Assembly: GCA_040437565.1 (NCBI GenBank)
Contig: JBDOQK010000024.1
Location: 310,001-374,000 of the forward strand
Origin: Albugo candida
Taxonomy: Eukaryota
Direction of reading: 5' to 3'
Length of the DNA stretch: 64,000 bases
Made by a program: the position numbers and the translations under genes. Position 1 is the stretch's first letter. Every line of letters begins with the position of its first letter. This document shows, one piece after another, positions 23,459 through 36,000 of the stretch. The notes below the pieces were generated by a model. The model saw only the letters and a program-made list of their open reading frames with translations. It was not told the DNA's origin and searched no databases.

Positions 23459-25944
23459 TCGAAATGTATTATTACTAATACAAAGCTGCTCCTAATCACA
23501 CTTGTGTTTGTTATAAGAGTCTAGCTCGGGTCTACTCCAGGAGCCATAGATCAAGGCACTTCTTCCTTGGTATATTATTCAACCTGAAAAAGTGATTCAA
23601 AATGGAGTACTCTTCCTAAAGCACCACGCCACATAACAGTTCCATTGCTTCTATCCTTATTCTCTANNNNNNNNNNNNNNNNNNNNNNNNNNNNNNNNNN
23701 NNNNNNNNNNNNNNNNNNNNNNNNNNNNNNNNNNNNNNNNNNNNNNNNNNNNNNNNNNNNNNNNNNGCACTTCTTCCTTGGTATATTATTCAACCTGAAA
23801 AAGTGATTCAAAATGGAGTACTCTTCCTAAAGCACCACGCCACATAACAGTTCCATTGCTTCTATCCTTATTCTCTAGTCGCCGCAAGATCGCGGTCTTA
23901 GTTCACTAGTATACACGTATGTTTTTCAATTTAGCCGCTATATGTATCGATCCCTTGTCAGATGCCCATCATGCGGTGACGACCAGGATGAATTAGGGCA
24001 CACTTGAAGATCCTGTACAGATCATTTGACTACTTGTTGTGCCAGGATGTTCCAAGTGATAAGAAATATAGCAATGAGAATAACGAAACGCTGCCGGTTG
24101 TCTTCGAATGAAAGACAGTGTTAGTGTGGGAGCACACTATCCCTACCTGTGTACTAAACTCGACATATTTCGTACCCTATCATGTGCTGCTATTTGCGCT
24201 TATCTCCATTTTCTCTAGTTTATGCGCTTGACTTTGAATCGAATTCGTCACATGAAACGTCGCAAGTACCTTGGAGTGGAGTGCAAGATGCATGTTTAGA
24301 CCAGTTGCAGAATTAATCNNNNNNNNNNNNNNNNNNNNNNNNNNNNNNNNNNNNNNNNNNNNNNNNNNNNNNNNNNNNNNNNNNNNNNNNNNNNNNNNNN
24401 NNNNNNNNNNNNNNNNNNCGACATATTTCGTACCCTATCATGTGCTGCTATTTGCGCTTATCTCCATTTTCTCTAGTTTATGCGCTTGACTTTGAATCGA
24501 ATTCGTCACATGAAACGTCGCAAGTACCTTGGAGTGGAGTGCAAGATGCATGTTTAGACCAGTTGCAGAATTAATCGTTTATTTTCCATCAGCGAAAACG
24601 AGGCCTCTTTATATCAAAACTGGTTATGAGCGATGCTTGAACTCAATCAATTAATGTGCCTCATGTTGCGATACTGTGACCTACACGTCCGCTATATTAC
24701 GGCTCCAAAACACAAGCAGAATAACCCTCTATGTATGGATATACTGTGCAATATGATATGTCTTCAAACCTTTGTAAACAAATTTGCAACAAATAGTACG
24801 ACGATTGATTTCTTGTCGACAAAGGGAAGCTTCAGTGATAGTATGCGATATTTTTAGACAAGAAGGGTCTCAAGTCTCTCGCTATGTGTAAGAATTAAAA
24901 TTTCAATCTCACAATCTTCAATTCCGGTACGGGAGTGATGGTATTCGTCGTATGATGACTTGTGACCCGTATAATCGTCCTGTATGCACGTGTCGAAATA
25001 TTGATAGAAATGAGTGAAGTATTGAGAGCAGGCTCATCCGGACATTTCGAAATCGTTTACTGCATAAAGCATGACCGAGTGATTCATGGCGTCTGTGTCA
25101 GCATACCTTTTACGCACGTCATCCTGAGTCACTTTGCATCAAATCCCATCTTCATTCACACTTTTGTTGTGAAGACAAGGAAGAAAGTATCAAAACTGAA
25201 ATTAACAATTACATGAAGAGTGGCCAGAAGATCTAAAACCGCGTCAATTTCGCAAATATTGAAAAGAAGTACGATCATTCATAAAACACAAAAATACATA
25301 CATCAAGCTACTGAACGTAACGCTGTTGCAAATTATTGGGAATTTAAGCTATGTGAGTAACATAGTACAAAAAGCTGTTTTCTTTCATATCATCGATCAA
25401 TTCATGTTCTTTGGCTTATTCTAACGAAGTGAGCAATCAGGAGTATCAAATAACGATAGTCACTTAGACACCCATATTATCTTCTTCAAGATCCTAAACG
25501 TTATAGAGAATACATTATTACACATAGCGACTTCTTGATTATGGAGCAATGTGGTTCGTTCATTTGATAATCATGTGGCAGAAGTTCCAGTTACGACTGC
25601 TACCAAGTCTACTCAGGAAACTCGATGTGAACGTTAAGAGGATGAGATCCGTGTCAAGCTTGTGGATGGTTTAAGAGTGGTCGAGTCTTTCCGATGTCCT
25701 CACTCTTCTGTCTTGTAGTCTGCAGCTACACTGCTCCTTGATGCCTGACATACACGATGTTGAGGTTGGGAAATGTCATCATCGAGTATAAGGGCTAAAA
25801 GGTCTTTGTCCAATCCGTCAATAACAACATCATACGCATCGGAGCGTCGAGCATCAGTTTGACGGAACTTGGATTGCAATCGCTTGAGCTTTAATCCCAC
25901 TTTGATACTCTTTGGAGATGAACGTATGGTATATGAGCTTAAGG

Positions 25945-26320
25945 ATTGAGATGATCACAATGAGCGGCGACGACGAGCAGCACTTATATGTGACCCTCAA
26001 TCGTGCGTCGCCTTCGACAAACAGATGAACTTTTCCGACTCAGGAATCGCTTTTACTTGAAGACCTGAGATCCACAATCGAAGCAAATTATCATTTCTGG
26101 CAGATAGATGACACTACCAGCATTAGCCGATGTTTAGGTTGAGATTTCATTGTGTGCAATATGCGTTCACATCCCGCCGCATGCACACAAAACTTCGCCG
26201 CATGACTTTATGCGTTGACTTTGATTAAATCGTCAAACATTCCTTTATATATAGGAAAGCATAATACTCGTGAAACTAGTGGAAGACGACTATCTTGGGT
26301 CCGATTCCGTGACGTCAATG
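25945..26320 (+). repeat. Diverged dispersed repeat, copy 1 (copy 2 at ~30965-31290)
   Basis: attgagatgatcacaatgagcggcgacgacga vs attgagatgatcacaatgagaggcgactacga; ttctggcagatagatgacactaccag vs ttctggcagatagatgatactaccag; ggaagacgacta shared. Confidence 0.8.
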
Positions 26321-26369
26321 TCGGTGCGTAACCAACACAGCTTCCATCCTCAGACTGAAATATGACTCT

Positions 26370-26944
26370 ACCGAAAGTGGCAAGATGCATAATCTGCTCA
26401 TCGGTGCCTCCTGAAGTTGCATTCGAGACAGCCCAAGCTGCTTCTTTCTGGCTATCGAAATCGGCTGTAGATAAGAGTCGGATCAAAGTAAGAAAAGTGT
26501 CCTCATCCACGATGGCTTATATCTGAGCTTGATTGCGGCAGTGGTATTCGAAAGCGTCCAGCATGTTTCTTTCCGAATAGCGCGTCTCGGATTCTCAAAA
26601 AGTGCCCGGAGGCATCGTAATGCGGAACAATTGATGATTATCTGACCAAACGAATGAGTAACCATCCGATCAAGTCAACTGGGAGATGCGTACCTGAGTC
26701 TGGACATCATCTCGCGTCACGACATTTCCCACAGTTCGAAGTGCTGGTGTTTGTACCAAGCTTGAAGGGTACATCAATAGCTCCACCATACGTCGACATA
26801 TTCCAGCCTCCACGACCGCTTGTATCTTTTCGTTGGATCCATCCGACAGATATGAGAGTGCCCAACAAGCATCCGTCAATACTTCTTCATCTTGTGTGTA
26901 CAACAATTGCCCAAGTGTCGGAAGTGCAGGCGCAACCAACGAGA
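26370..26944 (-). pseudogene. Importin-alpha pseudogene fragment (ARM repeats)
   Basis: [29 protein letters not shown], intron, [25 protein letters not shown]. There is a 1-nt frameshift at ~26535 (TAGN becomes TAAI), an in-frame TAA at 26517-26519 and a 3' truncation. The 5' end runs into an N gap. Confidence 0.85.
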
Positions 26945-27189
26945 NNNNNNNNNNNNNNNNNNNNNNNNNNNNNNNNNNNNNNNNNNNNNNNNNNNNNNNN
27001 NNNNNNNNNNNNNNNNNNNNNNNNNNNNNNNNNNNNNNNNNNNNTTATGCCGTAGCGCTACACATGCTATTCGATTCACAAGAAGAGAACTAAGCTTGCT
27101 ATATAAACTTATGATTATCAGTGCTGTTGGCTCAATTATAGCACTCGTATCGTCTATTCTCACTGCTGCATGCCAAAACGGGTTTAAAT

Positions 27190-27315
27190 ACAAATTATAC
27201 AACTTGCCACTTATAAATTGTTCGCTTAAGTGGCAACGTAGATAGAAGGAAATGGCTTCAATTAAAGATCAGCATAGTGGAGCCAGCAGCGTAGCAGCCC
27301 CTTCTTTTCGAATGA
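27190..27315 (+). repeat. Near-identical ~120-bp repeat with an internal stem-loop; inverted copy at ~51050-51172
   Basis: acaaattatacaacttgccacttataaattgttcgcttaagtggcaacgtagatagaaggaaatggcttcaattaaagatcagcatagtggagccagcagcgtagca is present as its reverse complement ending at 51172; contains TTGCCACTTA...TAAGTGGCAA. Confidence 0.9.
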
Positions 27316-28529
27316 CGCTGTAGCAATATATAATATAAGTTTGAAGTCGAATAGCGATAAGTCTAATTTAAACATTTCCAAAGATATACAAAGGTGGAGA
27401 AGGTGCTGATAGTGGCGAAAAGCAAAATACGAGGTTGTTATGGCGTATCCGACGTGCAACACAGCAAAAGCATGAATAGATGTTTAACCGTGCAGCTAAC
27501 TAGCGCAAAAGGAAGCTCAGCAAAATGTCTCTACAGCTGTCGTTATAAGGAAAATGATTTCGAAGAAATCAACACAATTCGTAAAAGTTATGACATAGCT
27601 CATATATCTTATGGAGATCACGGACAAGTAGACGCAGTGCAACGAAACATAAGAAATGAGGAAACTGGCATAGACACCAGTCAAGCCTTGCACGCTTGCG
27701 GTCAATGCATACGTCTCCAACAAACAACGAATTGTTGCCCTTGCCGTCAATGAATTTGGCTTAAATAAACGACGGATTAGTGGTCGGCGGGTAAGATAAG
27801 GATTTGGAGCCACTCGACAGAGGGCATTGTCGTCAGATGCATTACATCTCACTACCATACCATGAAAAGTCCGACCCTCCGACGTATCGTACGATAGGTA
27901 CACATTTAGTACCTTGTACCATTCATGTATCAAAAATGTACTACTTACAAGGGTAGCGTTTGTGAGCAAAGAGCAACATCTCAGCCTTTTTCTGCTTTTT
28001 GTTGTTTCATGTGTGAAGGAGAGGCTTTGAAACAGCACCGTTGTCGAGAAAAAGGCAAAAAACGATTTGTGAGTGAAAACGAGAAGCAGTAGAGCAGGAC
28101 AGTTGTTGTATTTCGGATAAAATGATCAATTACAGAAGCTTGGTGGTGGATGACATTGCGTTCTCCCGACTCTATGCTCCGCAAACCCTCAACCCTAAAC
28201 CCAAGCTCATTTGAAGTCGGACAGGATGTAAGTATGCAAATGATATGCCCGTGACTCGGACTTTGTATTGACATACACATATCTGGCGATCTCCACCGAC
28301 CGGATACGTTGGGTTGCGTACCCTACTTACCTACCCCTTACCCTTTATATTGGCCAAAACATTTTGATATACTCTGTGATTGGATAAAACTATGCTGATA
28401 TGATTTTATCCGCTCGTCCCTCGTATACAAATGCTAACTCAGGTCGGAGAAGTGACGATATTCATCCATATCGAATCCTTGAAAACATCCGCAGATCATA
28501 TCCAGCGTCTGAAAGTTATGCCGTGTGCT

Positions 28530-29300
28530 ATTGGAGTAGACCAGCGCACTTCTTAAAAGTAATAGCTCTTCAGAATGAAGCGTCCACGACTAATGAGGAA
28601 CGCAATAATGCACTAGACTTCTTAGGCTCTCTACTTATATGATCACAACAACTCGCTCAATTCATACGTTGAATCATAAGAATTGAGAAGTGGCGTAATA
28701 AATGTACCTAAAACTTCTGGCTATTTCGAGTAAGTATCTTTTTGCGAAAATCGCAAACTAACAGTACCAACAACGCAGGGCATCATGTACAAGTAGTGAG
28801 ATATAATCCATTTGAAGACAATGCTCTCTGTCGAGTGGCTCCACATCCCTGTCTTCTCCCTCCAGGCCAGTGATCTGACGTCTACTTGAGCCACATACAT
28901 TGATGACAAGGGCGATATTCGTCGTTTGTAAGAGCACCCATTAGCATGTGTACAAGGGAAGGTACGAAAGACTAAAGATCGAAGCAAGCTGTCAAGGAGA
29001 GGATCTATGTGTGATAAACAGACATCCGAGTCAACACATCATTGCGACATGATGCGTATTCGCCAGCGGGAAATCTCACGCAGGGAGCATCCAGCTCAGA
29101 TGATCAAGACTTGCGATAAGGAAAGAATTGACCATTAAGGCCATCTCAGATGTTACGCGAGGACAAGTGCGATTCACAATTGGACGTCGCCACAGCTGTG
29201 ACAAGGACCCGTAGTAGGTGAGATGCGCGCTTTTGATAGCATTTTCACAAATGGTTGGTAGAAGTACAGCGGGTACTTTGAGACCACATAACCCAGTCAA
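28530..29300. repeat. Composite diverged repeat related to 50090-50915 (part direct, part inverted)
   Basis: 28530-28930 matches 50560-50915 directly (atgaagcgtccacgacta.tgaggaacg; tacttgagccacat.cattga). 28935-29300 matches 50090-50460 inverted (tgtggtctcaaagtacccgctg.acttctacc; gatcgaagcaag; acatccgagtc). Confidence 0.8.
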
Positions 29301-30964
29301 AAGGATAGCTGATTGAACAATGTGTCAAAGACAAATTACCAACCGGTGCGTGAACAAATTGCCGCTTTAAGATTCAGTCATAAACACATATAAACATCCG
29401 ATTGTTTCTCTTATCTCCTCGGATTGTTGCAACATCTATATTGCACACGTTTTATTGTTCTACACCGATATTGTGATACACTGAAATATATGAGAGCCGA
29501 GAAAATCTGTCTTCGGTCGAGCGGGTGATCATTATCGCTGGAATAGGAGATAAGACAGGCACGGAGATGCTAGCAATCAGCTTAACATCGCATACATCTT
29601 GTGTCCGTGCATGTAGATAATCTACTAGTTAGGCAAGAACATCACTTGGGTTTACTATACACAAGAGGAAGACTGCATTACAAAAGCAGGCAAGGAATAA
29701 AGCACATAATTANNNNNNNNNNNNNNNNNNNNNNNNNNNNNNNNNNNNNNNNNNNNNNNNNNNNNNNNNNNNNNNNNNNNNNNNNNNNNNNNNNNNNNNN
29801 NNNNNNNNNNNNATTTTATCGAAATTATACGATGCTTTCCACTTACTATTTTTGAATGAAATGCTCTTCGAAGTAATTATTCGAAAGATCGTGCCAAAAA
29901 CCATTCGTCAATCCTCCTTCTTTATTTTGATGGCAACATGTCTAAATTCGAATATGGGTACAATCACTCAGAAGCACCTCCCTTCTGTACGTTGCAGTCA
30001 TGGACGACATATTTCCGATAGAAGTGCTCCATCCGAATCAGAGACAGTTTTGAATGGTAATTTTGCAGCGAGAAGAAGCACTCTGTTTTAGTTTTCTGCG
30101 TTACAGATTGGAGGAAAGGAAAAGCGGTGGAGTTAATCGGCTCATTCGACCACGGCGGACCACATGGAACTCGTGAGTCACAAAGGGAATAAGTTGGAAT
30201 CTGTTTCTCGCTAGCAATATTAGAGAACGCAGCTGAATGTATGGAAGATCAGGCGCTCAAATGTGATGACAAATAAAAGAGTGTTGAAAATGGAGTTATG
30301 TATCTGCTGGTGAAAATCCCCTCTTTCACATTAGAGTACAAAAGAAGTACGAATTGACCTTCGTTTACACCCAAAGTATCTGCTGAAGTAAAGGAATACG
30401 ATATATTCTGTATTTTAGTCACAATTTATCACACCATTATGCGCACAAGTACCTCTCGGAAAACGAAGCATAGTTGAAAACCTACAAATACGAATGGAAT
30501 ACAGAGAACGCATAAGAAAGTACAGATTAAAAAAGCTGGTGGATGCAAAATGAACCATGATAAACGCAAAATATAAAACAGGTGACACAATCCCTGAGCG
30601 CTGACAAGTACGATGTTAGGATTCATCAGAAATCTTCACCTCAAAGAGTCTTGATGCAATTCCTCACGGAGACGATCGCCAAAAGTTAAAGCGCGGTTAA
30701 GATGAATGGAAATAGTTAACTCGCGATGGGGTGATCTGCAAAAAAATCGTCAAGTTTTGCCTGTGGCCATGCTTTTCATTTTACGATGCGAGAGATAATC
30801 GGATGTGGTCATTGCATTAACTTTATGTTCATAACCTTTAGATTCTGTTTTTTACTCATGCCATCGGACGGTCGAGCATCTATTTGACGGAATCTTAGTT
30901 GCAATCACTCATGTTTGTATTCCTCATGGTACTCTGTTTGATGCACGTGCAGAGTACAAACCCA

Positions 30965-31290
30965 TATTGAGATGATCACAATGAGAGGCGACTACGACCC
31001 CTTTAAACAAAGTTACCGATCCTTTATTAGCTTGTTCTTGAAGAGTTGAGATCCGCAATCCAAGCACGTTGTTAGTTCTGGCAGATAGATGATACTACCA
31101 GTATTTTCGATGTCTAAATCTCGCTTGGGCTTCTAGTGCGTGGAATTACGTTCACATTTCGTCGCGTGCGGTTAACGTCGCTGCAAGAATTGTATTCGAC
31201 GTGAAAAAAAATGGAATTACGTGGGAGCATATCACTCGTGCAATTGGCGGAAGACGACTAACTTGAGTTCAGTTCCGCGGCATCAGAGTC
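30965..31290 (+). repeat. Diverged dispersed repeat, copy 2 (copy 1 at ~25945-26320)
   Basis: Colinear similarity to 25945-26320. Confidence 0.8.
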
Positions 31291-32768
31291 ATTCGACGAA
31301 ATAATTGCTCTAACTCACAGTTCACGTCTTATGTACGAGACGTGAGCTTTCAGGAGGACGTCGAGAAAACAAAAAGAGCCTTTGTAACTATATTTGTCTC
31401 GTTTGGTTTCTATTAGCCGACTTACGCTGTTAAAAACAAACTTTAAGGAAATGTTGGCATCTGTGAAAGAAGTGCGATTGCTGACGAAGAGCTCCAGAAG
31501 AAAAAATTCAATAAGTGAAATTCCAGAGAGCAGACACAATTATTTGTTAGTATGGAGACAGTCGATGCCGCTGGTCTTGTTTCCGTTATCTTATAGCACC
31601 AAGGAGGCTACTTAATCCGCTGCTGCAACTAAGAATATTTTTATCACGCATCTGTTTGGACTTGGAAACATGGCAAGAAGCTTTCTTCCCAGCAATTGCT
31701 GAAACTACTTGCTGTCAAATAAATCATACAGTCCCCAGAAAATGATCAAAGTGATCACTTGCTTGAACAAATTCTGATATCTACAAGGGAAGAGAGTAAA
31801 ATAAGCAAGACAAGCAAACGTCGGGACGTCTTCTTGTTGAAGCAAGAGGCAAGCCATATTCCAATCGGAGAACGGATCTTTGTTATGGATTGGTGAGAAA
31901 ACGAATCTGGCGAGTTCTGCACAAATTACAGCCGTTGGATGTTATATCAAGTGGAAAATGTCTATATTACTACAATTAGAGTATCTGACTTTGTATATGT
32001 TGATAATCAAACAGTATACAAAAAAATATCATGAGATACCTGTGAGCGTCGAAAATATGTCTTGCTGTTGACAGCAGTTCTTTATTGCGGACTCTAAACC
32101 TCACCACGATACGAGACTATTTCCTGCTTGATAGAAATGTCGAAAAGCACTGTGTCAGTTAGATTGGGTGTCATTACTCGTTGTAATGTCTTGTACCAAA
32201 ACCTCATTATGACCATTCTAAGAGATCTTTTCCTCTCGAATATATTATACATCGGAATGTGGCTGTCGTTTGCCAGAATACGACCAGCTGACGCTTGCTT
32301 GAGAGCGGATCTGACTGCTTCGCAACAAAACATGTAGTTTTAATTTCACGTGTGTAATGCTGATTTTAACGATATATCGTGGCAATCATAATCACCACGG
32401 GTAGAAGATATGCCTACGCTCAAGTCACAATGATGCTAGCTTTGTAAGATAATTCAGAATCACGACGGCCTATACGCTCCATTTACCCAATTTGAGATTG
32501 TAAATAAATGAACGACCGTCAAAGCCTGCAAAGCAGAAATTTAGTGCAGAAGCCGGCGAAAACTAGCGTCTGAGCGTTAACGATATTACCCGAACCAGAA
32601 AAGTGGGTGGTGATCTGTATTCATGTGATAATCTACAGCTCTTAGCATTGAAAGCACAGCATATACAGGTGAATGGTTGGCGTCGATGACGACAACGTTT
32701 TCGCTTACACGTTGGCAATTAAGAAACAATGGATGTTGAAGACAGTTATACAATCAATTTCTATCACA

Positions 32769-33930
32769 CTACGAGATTACACACGCCAACGTGCAAAATC
32801 CACACGAAGGCGCGCTGTGATGCACAAGAAAAGCTTTTTTCTGCTGTTTTTGTAGCAATTCCCGAGTCACGGTTGGTACGCAAGGATCGATACCTGGACC
32901 AAATCTAAAACTGTGCTGAGATGGCTTGGCTGCTTCTTCTGGCGCAAAAGCAATGCGTTCTTTGGTATACTGATTTTCATAACTGTATTCTCCTGGACGC
33001 GATCGCGATCGAACTCGGCGCCACCCAGCTGGTAATCGAGTCATTGTCTTCGCATTGGAAGGCGAAAGCAGTCTTCCTACTGGAACGATGAGCTTCCGGA
33101 ACGCTTCGATGACATTTGTCGAGTCCAGCGCTGATGTTTCCAGAAATTCCATCGAATGTTTATTCGCGAAACGAGCGGCTTCTAATGTCGATACTTGTCT
33201 GGAATTGGGAAGATGTGCCAGATCGCACTTGTTTCCAACCAGAACCATCACGAGATTCTCGTGAGCGTACTGCTGCATTTGTCTCAGCCATCGCTCAATA
33301 TTTTCAAAAGAAGTACGATTCGTGACATCATACACCACCATGGCTCCGACAGCATGACGGTAGTACGCAGCAATGAGAGATTGGAATCGATCTTTTCCCG
33401 AGGAATCCCATACTTGTACTTTAATACGTCGTTTACCCACCCGAAGTGTACGCGTCGCAAATTCAAAACCTGAAAGGAATATGTGAATTTTATCGTATCA
33501 ATGAGAAGCTATACGTACCGACAGTTTGTTCGCTGTGAGCATGAAATGTATTGTTCGTGAAACGTAGCACTAAATTCGATTTCCCAACTTGCGAGTCGCC
33601 AATCAAAACAACTTTGAGCGTTAGTGTCACATCTCTGTAAGATGTTGTGGATGATAAAGGTGAGCTAGATACGGGGCTATCTATGTTGGAAGAAAGCGTT
33701 CTCGAGGTGAGCTGTTTGTAATAGGACGAAGAGATCGGGCAGACTTCTGTCGGTCGAGATGTCGATCGACTGTTTCCATACGGCTTGGAATCCAGTCGTT
33801 CGCGTGGTGAATTACGACTCGATTTTATTTCATTGCCGGGATTTCTATAGCTGGGTAGGACTGAACGAATAGAATGACATGATTGCATGGCTTCCATTCC
33901 GTTTTGATTGCTCTCGTGAATATGTGTCAT
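32769..33930 (-). CDS. Atypical Rab11-like small GTPase with Ser-rich N-terminal extension, C-terminal WW domain and CaaX
   Basis: KVVLIGDSQVGKSNL; intron 33470-33518 gives TVG|FEFATR; then VWDSSGKDRF, YYRHAVGA, LVGNKCDL, ETSALD, WW-like LPAGW...YSYENQYT...FAP, and terminal CVIS. Start codon 33930 is a best guess. Confidence 0.85.
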
Positions 33931-34467
33931 ACTTGCAAAGATTGGTGCTAGCAATGTAATTTTATATATTCTTGAAGGATGGAAATATTGCGTGATTTGT
34001 CCGTTCCCGAAAATATTCAATTGGGATGTGATTTTGTGAATGGGAGGGTAGGCTTTTGATCAATAGGTTTCCACAATATAGTTTTTTCGAGTTCTGTATA
34101 ATGCGGTATATTCTTTTTTACATGAATGCGGCTTTTTTCACGCGCTTACTTGTGTGCATTAAGAAATCACATCCCTTTCTATTTATTTAGCGATGGGTCA
34201 GGATTCGAACGAACTTAATATCCTAACCGTACTTTGAGCTCGAATATGATCCATTCAATCAGCGAAGAAGCAGGACAGAGATTTTCTGGCTAGCACTTTA
34301 TGTAGTTTATGCTGGCTGTAGTGATGACGCAATGGACGACATTATCTCCGGATAAGCTGATCGCTTTGTGATGCTGCCATGATATTTGTTACGTACGGTA
34401 TATCCAATTCGATCATTGGTGTAAATGAAAACGCATTTTCACCGAATCAGAATTCGTCCATTTGCAT

Positions 34468-35874
34468 ATGACACTAACCAAGCACATGGATACCTTACCA
34501 AGCACCAAACGTTCTCGAACTCTATCTGGGAGGAAAGACATAAATGAAAGCGAACAAGTCAAATCCCATACTACCTCTGGCAAAGATCTACAATACCAAC
34601 TCAATAAAACACCCCAATTATCGGATTTCCAGACGCCTAGCCCAAGCGTTAAAGGTACACNNNNNNNNNNNNNNNNNNNNNNNNNNNNNNNNNNNNNNNN
34701 NNNNNNNNNNNNNNNNNNNNNNNNNNNNNNNNNNNNNNNNNNNNNNNNNNNNNNNNNNNNGCGTTAAAGGTACACATTCTGCACTTGAATTTTTATGTTC
34801 TAATTATGTTGGAGCCTACAGGCACCAAATCCTCGGTAGCAAGCAGATATGACAGCTCATTGGGTCTTTTGACGAAAAAGTTCGTTGAATTAATTCAGTC
34901 CACATCAACAGGCGACTTGGATCTGAATGCAGCAGCCGATTTGCTAGGTGTCCAGGTACTGTCCATATTTGTAATGAACCAGCCGTTTTCTGATACGATG
35001 AAGAAACGTCGGATTTACGATATAACAAATGTACTGGAAGGTATCGGACTGATCGAAAAGACGTCGAAAAATAATATTCATTGGAGGTACGTTATGAGTT
35101 CAGTATCAAGAGCAAATTAAGCTATATGATTCGATGTAGAGCTTCCAGAGGAGGATCCAGCTCGAATGGGTTGAATTCTGTGACTGATGAGATAGCTCGT
35201 CATATAGCAGAGCTTGTCGATGAAGAAAAGAAGTATGATGACTACATTAGTTTGGTGAGTCAGAACATCAAGCGGTTATTTGATGAGGAAGCCTGTGATC
35301 CAGAATCAACGGAATATCTCTCATACATCACACATGGAGATATGAAAAAGCTTGATAGTTTCAGAGATCAGAGTGTGATGGCCATCAAAGCTCCTCCAGG
35401 GACAACTCTTGAGGTCCCCGATCCGGATGAAGGGATGCCTGCTGGAAAACGACGATACCAGATCTTTCTTAAATCAAACGGTAGGTCAAGTGTACGATCT
35501 TGAGCCACAAATTTCATGCATTTGTGTAGACGGCCCCGTGGATGTTTATTTGATCCGACAGATACCGGAAGGTGATCACAATGTGCCTTTGCACGTAATG
35601 GATGGTAGCCTTACACGGGAAGATGCCGTCGAAGGGGATACTATCGGTCTTGATCAGGTAATGCTTATAAGGCCCAGGTTGCATTTGTTAAGATTGCTTG
35701 TAGCGCTCATGTGACTCAGATAGCAGTCTCTATCGTCTTGCCCCTCTCAAGGTAATCTTCTAATCAGCATTGCAGTGTTTGATCTCGTCTTCTTAGACTG
35801 ATCCAGATTTCTGCTTTAATTTGGACGATAACGAAGGAATTTCCGACTTTTTTGCTGAGTACACAGAAGTCTAG
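34468..35874 (+). CDS. E2F: E2F transcription factor (multi-exon; N gap in intron 1)
   Basis: [17 protein letters not shown]...[21 protein letters not shown]; marked box [17 protein letters not shown]...PVDVYL; C-terminal Rb-binding-type [16 protein letters not shown] before TAG at 35872-35874. Confidence 0.92.
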
Positions 35875-35919
35875 TTAAATAACATTATGATTTTATTTCA
35901 GCTATTTCAAAACTCATAA

Positions 35920-36000
35920 CGACAGCTGTGAGATTCGAACTCACGCAGGTTACCCCAATAGCTTAGCAGGCTATCGCCTTAACCACTCGGCCAAGCTGCC
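35920..36000 (-). tRNA. tRNA-Ser (anticodon GCT)
   Basis: Reverse complement GGCAGCTTGGCCGAGTGGTTAAGGCGATAGCCTGCTAAGCTATTGGGGTAACCTGCGTGAGTTCGAATCTCACAGCTGTCG: acceptor stem, D loop, ATAGC-CT-GCT-AA-GCTAT anticodon arm, long variable arm, T arm. Confidence 0.95.

Noticed and set aside
23557-24576. Direct repeats around the 23667 and 24319 gaps (similar short echoes at 6644, 34661 and 40572)
   Set aside because: Identical sequence on both sides of 100-N gaps; contig-end overlaps, not LTRs or target-site duplications.
34188-34245. tRNA-like ggattcgaac (B-box-like) sequence
   Set aside because: No complementary T stem, anticodon arm or cloverleaf could be built.
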